From positions 47,864,001-47,928,000 of the forward strand of contig NC_043000.1 of the NCBI RefSeq assembly GCF_006345805.1: a stretch of DNA of 64,000 nt. Reading direction: 5' to 3'. The position numbers and the translations under genes were made by a program. The DNA is from Octopus sinensis (taxonomy: Eukaryota). Position 1 is the first letter of the stretch. Each line of letters starts with the position of its first letter. Under the pieces are notes generated by a model, which searched no databases, had not been told where the DNA came from, and saw nothing but the letters and a program-made list of their open reading frames with translations. Positions 50,921 through 64,000 of the stretch are shown here, piece by piece.

Positions 50921-51559
50921 TCTCACACTTTCTTTCACATGCACACACACTTTCTCTCATATGCTGACACACACACACACACTATCATATATGCTTAAAT
51001 AACTAGTCATAGAAACATGTGTATACTTATCATTTATATAAATATATAAATCTATTAACACCACATGTACACAAGAAGAAATTCACAGGCAAAATTCAAG
51101 TGAAATATTCAATAAACATAATTTTATCCTCATTACAACATAACCCAGTGTAAAGTCACAGCAAAAAAAAGTACCATTCACAACTTACAGCAAACAGAGA
51201 GCATGATCAATTTGACTAATCAATTAGTTTTGACATTTTGTTAAAGTGTCAGCTATTGAAATTGACACTGCTGTTTTTAATAAAAGAAAATAATTAAAAA
51301 CAGCATTGTCAATTACATTTGCATCATGTCAAATTTTGAGGATACAAGTTCAAGTCAAGGTCAGAACTAGAAGTAGTATTTCATTTCATGCTACAGATTG
51401 CTGTAAATGACATATTCATTATTAATTCTATAGGAAAAACAGACTTGCAATATGCACATGTATCCAACTAGATTCAGTTGAAAGAAATTGATTTCATAAC
51501 ATCTGTAGTACTTCCAGATCTTTGCAGGAAGAAAGAACTCTTAGGTATTATTAAAACCT

Positions 51560-54000
51560 AAATAGTTCATGGTAACTATGGTGCTCTCACTAGGAATTTA
51601 CTTAGCAAATTTCCAAGACTAATTGCCAAGAAAACTCCAATGGGTAAAGATGGATACCTGTCATACGGAAGAAGTGTACTGAAACCTTTGTTAGACAGCA
51701 TAAAATTGATAGATGGAGAGTTCTCTACTTACCACTCCTAACCAAGTCATCTAATGCACACATCAGTTTTAAATTCTGCAGTTCAATAAGGTCTGTTAAA
51801 TATGCTTGCAAATATGTCTTCAAGAGATCTGGTGCTGCAATACAGCTGAATAACTGCAATGAAGTTATCTCTGTTTCCAGCAACAACAATGCCTCAACAA
51901 TGGTGAGCCTTATTATTCACATTCATTTTTCTCAGCATTCAGCAGATTGTTGTCCACTTGAAAAATACCTAATAAATTTACTTAAAATGAGCATCAGCTG
52001 CACAATAAGTATGAAGTTCAAAAGACACAATGCTAAGAGACTTTTCCTGACTCTACCATTTATCTTTTTATAGAAAAACATAACAGTGTCATCAGGTTCT
52101 GACTTGTATATGAAATAACAAGGAACCTAGATAAAGAAAACAAAGTGCCCCTATCGAAGGCTAACTTGACATATGTTTTGACAGTGTCATTGAAAAATAG
52201 TGTTCAGCACATCTCAGTCAACATGAAGGATTTTTTATAGAAGTTCTCCATAAAAGTAGAACCTTGAAGTTTGTTTCAAGATCTTCCAAACAGCCAAAGG
52301 CAAAGATGCATTATACTGCTAAAACATTCATCATAACTATGCGATCCAATTCTTCTTTAGTTCAAATGTTGTGGTAACCTTGTTGACAGTTTGATGAATC
52401 AAGTTAAACAAATATGCTGCAGTATGAAAATGGTACATAGCATAGAAATGGTACACAAATGAAATCAAAATCTCAAAGATATAAATGATGAACTTTAAAT
52501 AAAAATATGGCCATCTCTATCTAACTACTCTGATTTCAATAATTTGGCAACATTTACTTTGAAAACAGATATATGTTGACATACTACCATCATATATCTC
52601 TCACAGTGAAGCCAAATTCAGAGTGATCAGAGAGTAGACCATTCTACTACTTTTTACAGAGCTGAGCAACAGTATGTTGGAATCTGCTCCTTTAATGTTT
52701 ATGGTGGAATTGGAAAGGCATTTCTGATAAGTTGATTGTTTACAAATGTCCTATAAAGGCAGATGTTGAAGTTACTTTTTCAGGTATTGTTTATATGCCT
52801 ACCTTGGGGACAAACATGATATTTTGTCATCATGATCCTCATGGACCTGGTTGCAAATTTTGTACCTATTTGCAACATTGTTAGAAATCTTTGAAAGAAG
52901 GGAGTTCTTAAAAAATACCAAATATTTTCCCAATGTATATGCAAGCTCAACAGCACATGAGGAAACTCCAGATACCTATTTCTTTACTACCCACAAGGGG
53001 CTAAACACAAAGAGGACAAACAAGGACAGACAAATGGATTAAGTCGTTTATATCGACCACAGTGCGTAAATGGTACTTATTTAATCGACCCCGAAAGGAT
53101 GAAAGGCAAAGTCGACCATAGCAGAATTTGAACTTAGAATGTAGCAGCAGACAAAATACTGCTAAGCATTTCGCCCAGCATGCTAACGTTTCTGCCAGCT
53201 GAGTAGGGCAATGTAAGACTTGTATATTACTGGTGTCTTCAGGACACTTCTGTTACCAATGATCCTAAAAGAAAAAGAAGCCAAGATAACCTATGATAGC
53301 TTAGAATCTTTGTGATCTGGACCGAAGTTAAAACATACAAACTATTTACAAATATGAGAGGCAAAATTTTTGGAGATTAGCTGTCTTGTCATATTGCTAA
53401 AAAATTTGTTTCAAGTTGGAAATGGAAGTTTTTCTCTGAAAATAATATTGTCATGCATCCAGCCCTTATAAATGTAATGGTTAAGACAGCAGATGAATTG
53501 ACATAAATGGTGTTTCTCAAACTGCAACATCATTAACTAACACAGAAGTAGCAGCACATAAAAATAAATGTTTGGGTCAATAGCATCAACTGGCAGCTGT
53601 TGCAGGCATTTCCAGGAAATTACCTACACATAAATAGATACTGATGTGGTTGACGTATAAATAATTCGCTATCTAACAGGAATTCATTGAAACCTTCAGG
53701 CCTACAATCATACAGACTTCAGCTAAAAGAAAGCAGGATCTCCCATAATACTATGATGTAATTTAGATCAGATTCAGTAATACAGAGGCACATGTCAAAT
53801 TACTGAAAATCTTACGTCATCCAGACAAATCACTATTTTCACTGGATATACCAAAGGAGAAGATGCAATTAGACCCAGAATTCCACTCGCATGAATAGAT
53901 GTGATTTTTCAATTTACAAGACTTCAGTTTCAAGAGATTTAAGCTTTGCCATGTTAATCAATAAATCACTAGGGAAAACATTAAACTGTTGCTGAACTGC
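51560..54000 (+). pseudogene. Helitron Rep/PIF1-helicase remnant
   Basis: KFPRLIAKKTPMGKDGYLSYGR; IDRWRVLYLPLLTKSSNAHISFKFCSSIRSVKYACKYVFK (~51705-51825); PRIPL..FTRLQF/LSFAMLINKSLGKTL (~53875-53985). Confidence 0.85.
52978..53200 (-). mobile_element. SINE family B nested in the Helitron
   Basis: Match to the 35030 copy. Confidence 0.85.
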
Positions 54001-54489
54001 ATACTAAGGATACTTTCCTGCTAATCATCAATTTCATATAATTCTGTATAGGATACTCTTGATATGGAAGCTCTCCAAAACCCTTTATTTATGCTGTTGT
54101 TTGTGCAACTAAAACAATTCAGTATCCTGATTTGGTGCAACTCATTGCAATTCTTAATAGTATTTCTTTATCACATCCAGGTTCTTTACATTCTAGGTTC
54201 AAATTCCATCATAGTTAACTTTGCTTTCATTCTTTCAGGGTCGATAAAATAAGTGCCAGTTGAGCACTTGGGTTGATGTACTTGACTTAAATTTACTAAC
54301 CTTGTGTCGAAATTTGGAGTCATTATTTCTTCATTACTGCATGTGTTGTAGTTCCAAAATTTGGATGTGTAGCTTTCTTTGCGCATTCTGGTTTCTATGT
54401 GCTATAAGAATGATTTCATTTCCAGTATCAGTTTACCTCCCAAACATTCCCATTATCTTTAGTATTTATTTTTTTTCCTTTTCACTCAC

Positions 54490-54845
54490 TGGACCAGGGC
54501 CATGCTGGGGCACTGCTTTGAAGAATTTAATCTAACAAATCAACTCCAATACTTATTTTTAAGTCTCGTATTTATTCCATCAGTCTCTTTGGCTAAACTG
54601 CTAAGTTATGGGGATGTAAACAAGCCAACAATGGTTGCCAAATGGTTCAGGGACAGATACAAACACATGCACACACACACATACAAAGGGCTTCTTTCAG
54701 TTTCCATCTATCAAACTTACTCACAAGAGTTTAGTCACCTTAGAGCTATTGTAGAAGACACATTGCCCAAGGTGTCACACAGGGATTGAACTCAAAACTA
54801 CATATTTGAGAAAGAAGCTCCTTACAAAGCAGCCATGCTTGTGCC
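54490..54845 (-). mobile_element. SINE family A (older copy)
   Basis: Match to other copies. Confidence 0.75.
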
Positions 54846-54859
54846 TCTAGAATTTTTAA

Positions 54860-55276
54860 GGCGTAGGGGTGGCTGTGGGGCAAGTAGTTTGCTTATGAAC
54901 TACATGGTTCCAGGTTCAGTCCCCCTGCGTGGTACCTTGGGCAAGTGTCTTCTACTGTAGCCTCGGGCCAACCAAAGCCTTGTGAGTGGATTTGGTAGAC
55001 AGAAACTGAAAGCAGGCCGTCGTATATATATGTATATATATATTTATATATATATGTAAGTGTGTGCATGTTTGTGTGTCTGAGTTTGTCTCGCCAACAT
55101 TGCTTGACAACCGATGCTGGTGTGCTTACATCCCCATAACTTAGTGGTTTGGCAAAAGAGACTGATAGAATAGGTACTAGGCTTACAAAGAATAAGTCCT
55201 GGGGGGTCGATTTGCTCGACTAAAAGCGGCGCTCCAGCATGGCCACAGTCAAATGACTGAAACAAGTAAAAGAGTA
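54860..55276 (+). mobile_element. SINE family A, head-to-head with preceding copy
   Basis: Match to other copies. Confidence 0.85.
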
Positions 55277-55399
55277 ATTCAAAAGAATGCCAAAAATTAA
55301 AAGATAATTTATCATGTTCAGTAATAGTTTTAAATGAAATAAAACTATTTTCACATTTACTTAATACCGTGGTCTTATTTAATATACTTCAATTAGGTA

Positions 55400-56740
55400 C
55401 CCATCATTTACACAAGTTATGAAGTTATGAACTACACTATTAATATTCAGTACATATCTGCTTCAGTGCTTTAGACACCAGACAGCAATAAACATATTGC
55501 ATAACAATTTCATTTCTTACATGAAAGATAGCTTTTTCAGAGAAATCTAATAGTGTTCTATCAAACCAAATATGCCTTCATTATTAACAATTCTTGGACA
55601 TTTATAGACATTTCAGCCTGAGTAACACTCTTGAAATGTGTGTGTGTGCCTGTGTAAATTGTTTGAGACAATTAATTTCCCAAGAATCTCTAGTTTTTAT
55701 GGTTTCTGTGCATCTTCCACATTACAAACATTACTTTCTCTAACCTTCCCGTCATTTCACTGCACCTCTTGCGTGTCCATAGCTTGCACTGCATGCACAA
55801 TATGGAATTCCTCCTACATTTTTGTAACATATAATAGGAGTAGGCTCTTGTTCATGTTTCTCTGTGTTAAAATAATGTATTTGTTATTTAATGGGAAATG
55901 CTTATCTAAACACAACAGGAATTTCTTGTCTAAATTAGTTTTAAAATTTTGGGAGAGGGGAGACAAACCATATTATTTTCCTAGTTATATTTTTAGGTCT
56001 ATATTTATGATTCACATTTTTACTTGAAGGGTTGTAATACATCTTTATATTTGAAGCTGTTGTTAGCTAGGGCATTGTTATAGTAGGATGCTACCTTATC
56101 AAGTATTTCTTTAGAAGATATCCTATTACTAACGTAAGCTATCAGGATTTTAGATATTATAGTATACTCTTTTACTCTTTTACTTGTTTCAGTCATTTGA
56201 CTGTGGCCATGCTGGAGCACTGCCTTTAGTCGAGCAAATCGACCCCAGGACTTATTCTTTGTAAGTCTAGTACTTATTCTATCGGTCTCTTTTGCTGAAC
56301 CGCTAAGTTACAGGGACATAAACACATGGACAAACACAGACACACACACATACGTGTATATATACATATATACAACGGGCTTCTTTCAGCTTCCATCAAC
56401 CAAATCCACTCACAAGGCTTTAGTTGACCCGAGGCTATAGTAGAAGACACTTGCCCAAGGTGCCACGCAGCGGGACTGAACCCAGAACCATGTCATTCGT
56501 AAGCAAGCTACTTACCATACAGCCACTCCTACGCCTATGGTGGCAAAGATGCTTGCATATATAAGAGAGTTTCTTGTTTGGCTACAGTACCGTTTATAAG
56601 AGCAGAACTTTATATCTAGAGAAACGTATATGAATTTGACATTTGACAGATTAGAGGTAACAATAATTTTGAGACTGTTGATACTCCTCTCCATTGAATT
56701 ATTCCACAACAACTAGCTTAATCATGGCATTAAAGTCAAC
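55400..56740 (-). pseudogene. Penelope-like element RT C-terminus, linker and probable GIY-YIG remnant, split by a SINE
   Basis: LKIIVTSNLSNVKFIYVSL; NRISSKEILDKVASYYNNAL; RKIIWF; KTNLDKKFLLCLDKHFP; YTGT..FK. Confidence 0.75.
56165..56536 (-). mobile_element. SINE family A nested in the Penelope remnant
   Basis: Full copy interrupting the reading frame. Confidence 0.85.
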
Positions 56741-56964
56741 AGAGATATAACTAACTTTCTGTTCTGTTCTTTTCTTTTTTTCCATTTTTATGCAGCCTTT
56801 CATGTTTTGGTTCTACATTTTCCACATTTTTCTCATGATTTCTCTTCTGCCAGCATCTTGATTGGCAAATTCAATAGACCATGTGCTCAGAACTTGAAGA
56901 TTGCATAGCGACACAAGGTGTCTTATAAAAACCTGGTTGGACCCTTATCTCTAAAGCAAAAAGC

Positions 56965-57222
56965 TATTCATGCTGGTGGCACATAAAAAGCACCAACCGA
57001 TCGTGGCCATTGCCAGCCTCCTCTGGCCCCTGTACAGGTGGCATGTAAAAAACATCCACTACACGCATGGAGTGGCTGGTGTTAGGAAGGGCATCCAGCT
57101 GTAGAAACACTGCCTGATCAGACTGGAGCCTGGTGCAGCCTCCTGGCTTCCCAGACCCTGGTCGAACTGTCCAACCCATGCTAGCATGGAAAATGGATGT
57201 TAAATGATAATGATGATGATGA
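56965..57222 (+). mobile_element. RTE LINE 3' end
   Basis: Same 3' UTR and (GAT)n. Confidence 0.85.
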
Positions 57223-57312
57223 TGTATATGCATGTTTATCATATACTATAATATACTATAATATACTATAATATACATACATACATAAATATATATATAT
57301 ATATGTATATAT

Positions 57313-57352
<40 letters not shown>

Positions 57353-57361
57353 TATATTTTT

Positions 57362-57621
57362 TCTGTGTCGGTGGCACATAAAAAACACCATCCGAGCGTG
57401 GCCGTTTGTCAGCCTCGTTGGCACCTGTGTCGGTGGCACATAAAATCACCACTACACTCTCGGAGTGGTTGGCGTTAGGAAGGGCATCCAGCTGTAGAAA
57501 CACTGCCAGATCTGACTGGACTGGTGCAGCTTTCGGGCTCCCCAGACCCCAGTTGAACCGTCCAACCCATGCTAGCATGGAAAGCGGACGTTAAATGATG
57601 ATGATGATGATGATGATGATG
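57362..57621 (+). mobile_element. RTE LINE 3' end
   Basis: Same 3' UTR and (GAT)n. Confidence 0.85.
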
Positions 57622-57635
57622 ATATATATATTTTC

Positions 57636-57831
57636 TATTTTATAGAGGAGCTTCTATAGGACTAGAACTGTTTCATTCAAAAGAAATCATCAGGAAGCTT
57701 CCTGATGATTTCTTTTGAATGAAACAGTTCTAGTCCTGTAGAAGCTCTTCTATAAAATAAATTAATTTACTCTGCTATGTATTGAGTACCTTATTTACTG
57801 TGGTTAACCCCGACTCAACCCGGCACCTACA
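57636..57831. mobile_element. 124-bp near-perfect palindrome with hammerhead cores in both arms, plus tail, in (TA)n
   Basis: 57636-57759 mirrored about AAG|CTT (57697/57698); CUGAUGA-UUUC(UUUU)GAAU-GAAAC(AGUUCUA)GUC. Confidence 0.75.
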
Positions 57832-57901
<70 letters not shown>

Positions 57902-58309
57902 ACATACAGAGAGACAAACAAATTGATAGATAGAAGAATAAATATACAGGTGAAAAGTTTATATGAATATCAATAGATTTAATGTATGCAGTAAAATGCC
58001 GAGATATTTTTCTTCCATAAAAAACAGAAAAACTTTCACATAAATTTTCTTCTTTCAGAATTCAATGTCATGCCATTTATTTAGAAACAATAATATCAAA
58101 AAAAAAAAAAAAAGGGTGGGGGACATAATAATTATGGTGTTTCTAGTTACATCCCTTTGTATCATAGAAGCAATTGAAACTTTCTATATGCAGAAATTGA
58201 TAAGAGAAATACTAGCCTGAAATAAATTACTGGGGTTGATGTAATGCAAGTTGGTGATTGATTCTGGAGCCCTGCATGGCAGCATTCCAATGACTGAAAC
58301 CAGAATAAA

Positions 58310-58818
58310 AGATCATATGTTATGTGTGTGTGTTTGTATGTGTGTGTGTGTGTGGTGCGTGTGTGTACACGTGCACAGACATCTGTGTATGCCTATGCAT
58401 ATATATATGTATATATTTATATATTTACATATATATACATACATATATATATATTATAGACATACAGAAAGACAAACAAATTGTCTTTTGTTTATTTTCA
58501 TAAAACTTCCCGTTATATACATACACATATATATATATATACACACACACATTCATAGATATATTTACGTACATATATTTATATATATGTGTGTGTATGT
58601 ATATACATATGTATATATGTGTATATGTATGCTTATATACATACATACATATATTTATGTATATATATATATATGCATATATATATATGCATATATATAT
58701 GTATATATATGTATGTATTATGTATGTATGTATGTATATATGTATGTATGTATATATATATCTATATATGTATATATATATTTATGTATATGTATATATA
58801 TATATAGATATATATATG

Positions 58819-58880
<62 letters not shown>

Positions 58881-59758
58881 CACACACACACGCACACATT
58901 TATATGGAGAGGGAAACAGCAGAGGAAAAAGACAGAGGAAAAATGTTTAGCTGTTATTTACTTGGTTCATTTTTACACACATCTTTTTTATTTTTTTTTT
59001 TCTAGCTTCAAGAAATAATGCTTGGGTGGGTAGACTAACATACCACTGGATTAATTCACATGCATTGCTGATTCATATGCAGACCATTCTTTCTTTATCA
59101 TATTACGAGCATAAATTTATACAAAGAAATGAATACTTTTAGCAAACTGGCTGACAAGTGTACGTAATGATTTAATGTGAGAATTCTAACAGAACTTGAC
59201 TAAGCAAGCAGTTCAGTCATGCAAAAATCAGATAACGTAGTATATTCCTTTTGGAGGAGCAATTGCCACTCATTGTTGCCAACACTTTCTAATTTGGAAT
59301 AAAAACAGACACTATTACGAACAAACACCACGTATACCGTACCATATGCTATATCCTCAAATGCTTACTATTACATAGATGTAAACATATGCATGCAAAC
59401 ACATATACACTCATATATACATATATAAATACACACATATAAATGTATACGTATTATAATTATATACAAACGTATATATATATATATATGTATGAATGCA
59501 CATATATATATATACACGTACATGTATATATATATATATTATATATATATATATATATATACAACTATATACATGTGTGTGTGTAACATATATATATATA
59601 TATATATGTATGTATATGAGTATATATATATGTATGTAGGTATGTACGTGTGTATGTATACATACATATATGTACATATACATATGGACACACATATGTA
59701 TATACATATATACACACATACACATATATATATATACCTACATACATATACACATAAA

Positions 59759-59809
<51 letters not shown>

Positions 59810-60110
59810 ATATATATGCATATATGTATATGTATGTATCTATGTATCTATGTATGTACATACACTTAAAGTAGTGGGAATTGATGAAACATCTGTAAGC
59901 TATCAATGTAAACTGCACAGATGAAAGAATTATTTTTAAACACATTTATATTATCTATCTCCTTTCTTCTTCTGTTCTTTTTTTTCTTTTTCTATCACCA
60001 TCCCCATCACAGTGAATACCATCATCACATCACCATCCTTATCATAAACAGCCTCATCAACATCATTCTCACTATAATGATGATCATTAGTAACCGTACT
60101 TTTGTGTATG

Positions 60111-60153
<43 letters not shown>

Positions 60154-60205
60154 TTATTATTATTTTATTATTATCATCATCATCATCATCATCATCATCA
60201 TTATT

Positions 60206-60245
<40 letters not shown>

Positions 60246-60267
60246 CTACTATTATTATTATTATTAA

Positions 60268-60337
<70 letters not shown>

Positions 60338-60340
60338 TTT
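58310..60340. repeat. microsatellite field: (TG)n, (TA)n, (TATG)n, (TAT)n, (CAT)n
   Basis: Direct reading. Confidence 0.9.
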
Positions 60341-61234
60341 TTCTGCCATTATCAGTTGTATGAATTTATGTGGCCCATCTCCTTTTTATATCTCTGTATG
60401 CTGACATATAGTGATTCATATTTGTTCATACATGAACTAATTGTAATTTACAAATAGCGTTATCATGCACAAACATACACTCATGTAACACATACACACA
60501 CACATATAAATACGCACGCACATAACACACGCACAAGCATAAATACATGCATACTCACTCACATATGCATAGATAACTATTCACACACTCGTATCTATGA
60601 CTTATATAAATATATAAATATATTAGCTGGAATACACATGTTTTATCATCAGCAATGTATTTTTTTATACTGCCCACTTTTACATGCTTGCACAGGTCAG
60701 ATGGAAATCATTGAGGCAGATTTTCTATGGCTGGATGCTCTTCCTGTTGCTAACTTTCACTTGTTTCGAAGCAAAGTAACATTTCTTAAGGTTGAACAGC
60801 TTTCCAATGCCTTACATACAGCCACGCATCTCCACTATACCCTTCCAAATAAATACTTCTTAATAGTAGGAGCTTTTTCTGCCCTTACCTTCTCCTCCTG
60901 CTCTGTTCATTTCTGTATTGCAAATTACCTGGAAACCTCACTAGTGCTGGAGCCAAGAAAAAAAAAACACTCAGACGCAGAACAGTCAGCAAGGATGTAG
61001 TGCCAGCGATATGGAAAAGAACCCAATACACTCTGTTAAGTGGATGGTGTTAGAGAGAGCATCCAGCTATAGAAACCATGTCAAAAGTGACATAGGAACT
61101 CAACATAGCTCTGAAGCTTGATCTTCCACGTCAAATAGTTCTACTCGCACCAGCAATGATAGCAGACAATAAATGATGATGATGATGATGATGATGATGA
61201 CGATGACGACGACGACGACGACGACGACGATGAT

Positions 61235-63668
61235 GATGATGATGATGACGATGATAATGTTTGGAAATGAGGAGCATTTTCAACAATTAAGTAATGTCAG
61301 GTTAATCATCATCACCCTCATCATCATCGTTTAATGTCCGTTTTCCATGCTGGCATGGGCTGAATGGTTCAACTGGAGTCTGAGAAGCCAAGAGGCTGCA
61401 CCAGGCTCCAGTCTGATCTGGCAGTGTTTCTACAGCTGGATGCCCTTCCTAACGCCAACCACTCTGAAAGTGTAGTGGGTGCTTTTTTACATGCCATTGG
61501 CACAGGGGCCAGAGGATGCTGGCAATGACCACAATTGGATGGTGCTTTTTATGTGCCACCGGCATGGGAGTCAGTCAAGGCAGCGCTGGCATCAGCCACA
61601 TTCAGATGGTGCTTTTTATGTAGAACTGGCACAGGGATCATAACTACAATTTGCATTTGATTGTGATTTGAACAGCATGTCACCCTACAATCCAAGCTAC
61701 TTTTTGAGTGGTCTGGTTATGCGACCCTGCTGTAGATTACAGCTGTGAACTCACTTTATTTATTGTGTCTTCTCAGTCACAGTATATCTCCACAGGTCTC
61801 CATCTTTCGCTATTGCCTCTGTGAGGCCCGACATTCAAAGGTCATGCTTCACCACCTAAGGATTTACAAACTCCCACTCACAAGTATACATACATACAAA
61901 CATACAAAATTTTTGTGAATGTATATATAAGTGTGTATATATATAAAAAGTAAAGTTTGATTGTTTGTTTCTTTGTGAGTGTGGTGTGTGTGTTTTTTTT
62001 TTTATCAGCCATAAAGTGTGACTGAGCTAACTAATCAATTAGTTTTGAGTTTTGTAAAAACCTTCCAAGAAACTTGGATACATTCTTTTGTTTGCTGAGG
62101 GACATTAGTGATAATCCCTAAATGAATAATGAAAATGTGATCAATATGGAACTGGGCCTCATTTACATTGCAGGACAAAGTTGGTCATAACTATTATTGA
62201 AACATGAATATGATGTATGTGAAATTAAAATTTTTAAGCAATGTTATCATCTTAGGTTTAATAAACCAGTCATTTAGTCTCTTCTGGTTGTCGATAGTCC
62301 AGCGGTTCAATGATGATGGTTATCTTTCACCATGAAGTGAAACTATATTGTTTAAACAAGAAGCAGGAAAATTTATTACTGTGACCAGAGAAAGAAAAGG
62401 AGGAGGAGAGTAGAAAGACTTAATTACATTTTGATGATGATGGTGATGATGATGACGATGATAATGTTTGGAAATGAGGAGCATTTTCAACAATTAAGTA
62501 ATGTCAGGTTAATCATCATCACCCTCATCATCATCGTTTAATGTCCGTTTTCCATGCTGGCATGGGCTGAATGGTTCAACTGGAGTCTGAGAAGCCAGGA
62601 GGCTGCACCAGGCTCCAGTCTGATCTGGCAGTGTTTCTACAGCTGGATGCCCTTCCTAACGCCAACCACTCTGAAAGTGTAGTGGGTGCTTTTTTACATG
62701 CCATTGGCACAGGGGCCAGAGGATGCTGGCAATGACCACAATTGGATGGTGCTTTTTATGTGCCACCGGCATGGGAGTCAGTCAAGGCAGCGCTGGCATC
62801 AGCCACATTCGGATGGTGCTTTTTATGTAGAACTGGCACAGGATCATAACTACAATTTGCATTTGATTGTGATTTGAACAGCATGTCACCCTACAATCCA
62901 AGCTACTTTTTGAGTGGTCTGGTTATGCGACCCTGCTGTAGATTACAGCTGTGAACTCACTTTATTTATTGTGTCTTCTCAGTCACAGTATATCTCCACA
63001 GGTCTCCATCTTTCGCTATTGCCTCTGTGAGGCCCGACATTCAAAGGTCATGCTTCACCACCTAAGGATTTACAAACTCCCACTCACAAGTATACATACA
63101 TACAAACATACAAAATTTTTGTGAATGTATATATAAGTGTGTATATATATAAAAAGTAAAGTTTGATTGTTTGTTTCTTTGTGAGTGTGTGTGTGTGTGT
63201 TTTTTTTTTATCAGCCATAAAGTGTGACTGAGCTAACTAATCAATTAGTTTTGAGTTTTGTAAAAACCTTCCAAGAAACTTGGATACATTCTTTTGTTTG
63301 CTGAGGGACATTAGTGATAATCCCTAAATGAATAATGAAAATGTGATCAATATGGAACTGGGCCTCATTTACATTGCAGGACAAAGTTGGTCATAACTAT
63401 TATTGAAACATGAATATGATGTATGTGAAATTAAAATTTTTAAGCAATGTTATCATCTTAGGTTTAATAAACCAGTCATTTAGTCTCTTCTGGTTGTCGA
63501 TAGTCCAGCGGTTCAATGATGATGGTTATCTTTCACCATGAAGTGAAACTATATTGTTTAAACAAGAAGCAGGAAAATTTATTACTGTGACCAGAGAAAG
63601 AAAAGGAGGAGGAGAGTAGAAAGACTTAATTACATTTTGATGATGATGGTGATGATGATGACGATGAT
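61235..63668. repeat. ~1206-bp near-identical tandem duplication bounded by (GAT)n; each unit holds a minus-strand RTE 3' fragment (~61308-61858, ~62514-63062)
   Basis: ATAATGTTTGGAAATGAGG at 61254 and 62461; AGGAGGAGAGTAGAAAG at 62401 and 63607. Confidence 0.92.
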
Positions 63669-63888
63669 GATTACGATGACATGGAAAGGAGGAGAAGGAG
63701 GAGGAAAAAAGGAGGAAGAAGGGAGAAGGAAGATTCCAATAATAATGATAATAGAAGTATTGTAAACCTGCAAAAATGTGCAACCTTGTATTTGGTAAGA
63801 ATCCTAAGAGAGGTTCTTGAGATTTGAGGAGACTTTTTGGCACCTTCAGGATAACATCCATGCTAATTAGATTAGCAAGTAATAATTT

Positions 63889-63943
<55 letters not shown>

Positions 63944-64000
63944 GAGGGAAGTACGGCAACTATTGTTGCAAAGAAGGTGAAAATGATGGCAATGAAAAAA

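Noticed and set aside
58251-60457. Long ORFs (255 aa, 178 aa) and other YI/CV/MYVC/HT-rich ORFs throughout the window
   Set aside because: Translations of microsatellites

Overview
AT-rich, microsatellite-dense animal (eukaryotic) genomic DNA. The repeat landscape looks like a coleoid cephalopod (Octopus), but that is inference from family resemblance. I recognise no host protein-coding exon; almost all ORF-track entries are translations of (TA)n/(CA)n/(TATG)n/(TAA)n or of SINEs. The window is a transposon graveyard: four tRNA-derived SINE families, many 3' ends and one RT-bearing fragment of an RTE LINE, a BovB-like RTE remnant, an R4/Dong-like non-autonomous element, several Tc1/mariner remnants, hAT and foldback MITEs, a Helitron RepHel pseudogene and two Penelope-like RT(-GIY-YIG) remnants. 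The main finding is a young non-coding array at 39401-42958, embedded in (TA)n. It has six head-to-tail ~477-bp monomers plus ~1.45 inverted monomers, and each monomer carries a type I hammerhead ribozyme motif (GUUCUG-CUGACGA-stem II-GAAA-UCACGGUGAUA/CAGAAC) with a near-palindromic stem III. This is a candidate retrozyme / circular-RNA retroelement. About a dozen further minimal hammerhead-like motifs of several sequence families, some with non-canonical cores (U3-A8, C4, U6), lie in short (TA)n-embedded and often palindromic Penelope-type inserts elsewhere in the window. All ribozyme folds were read by eye; activity is untested.
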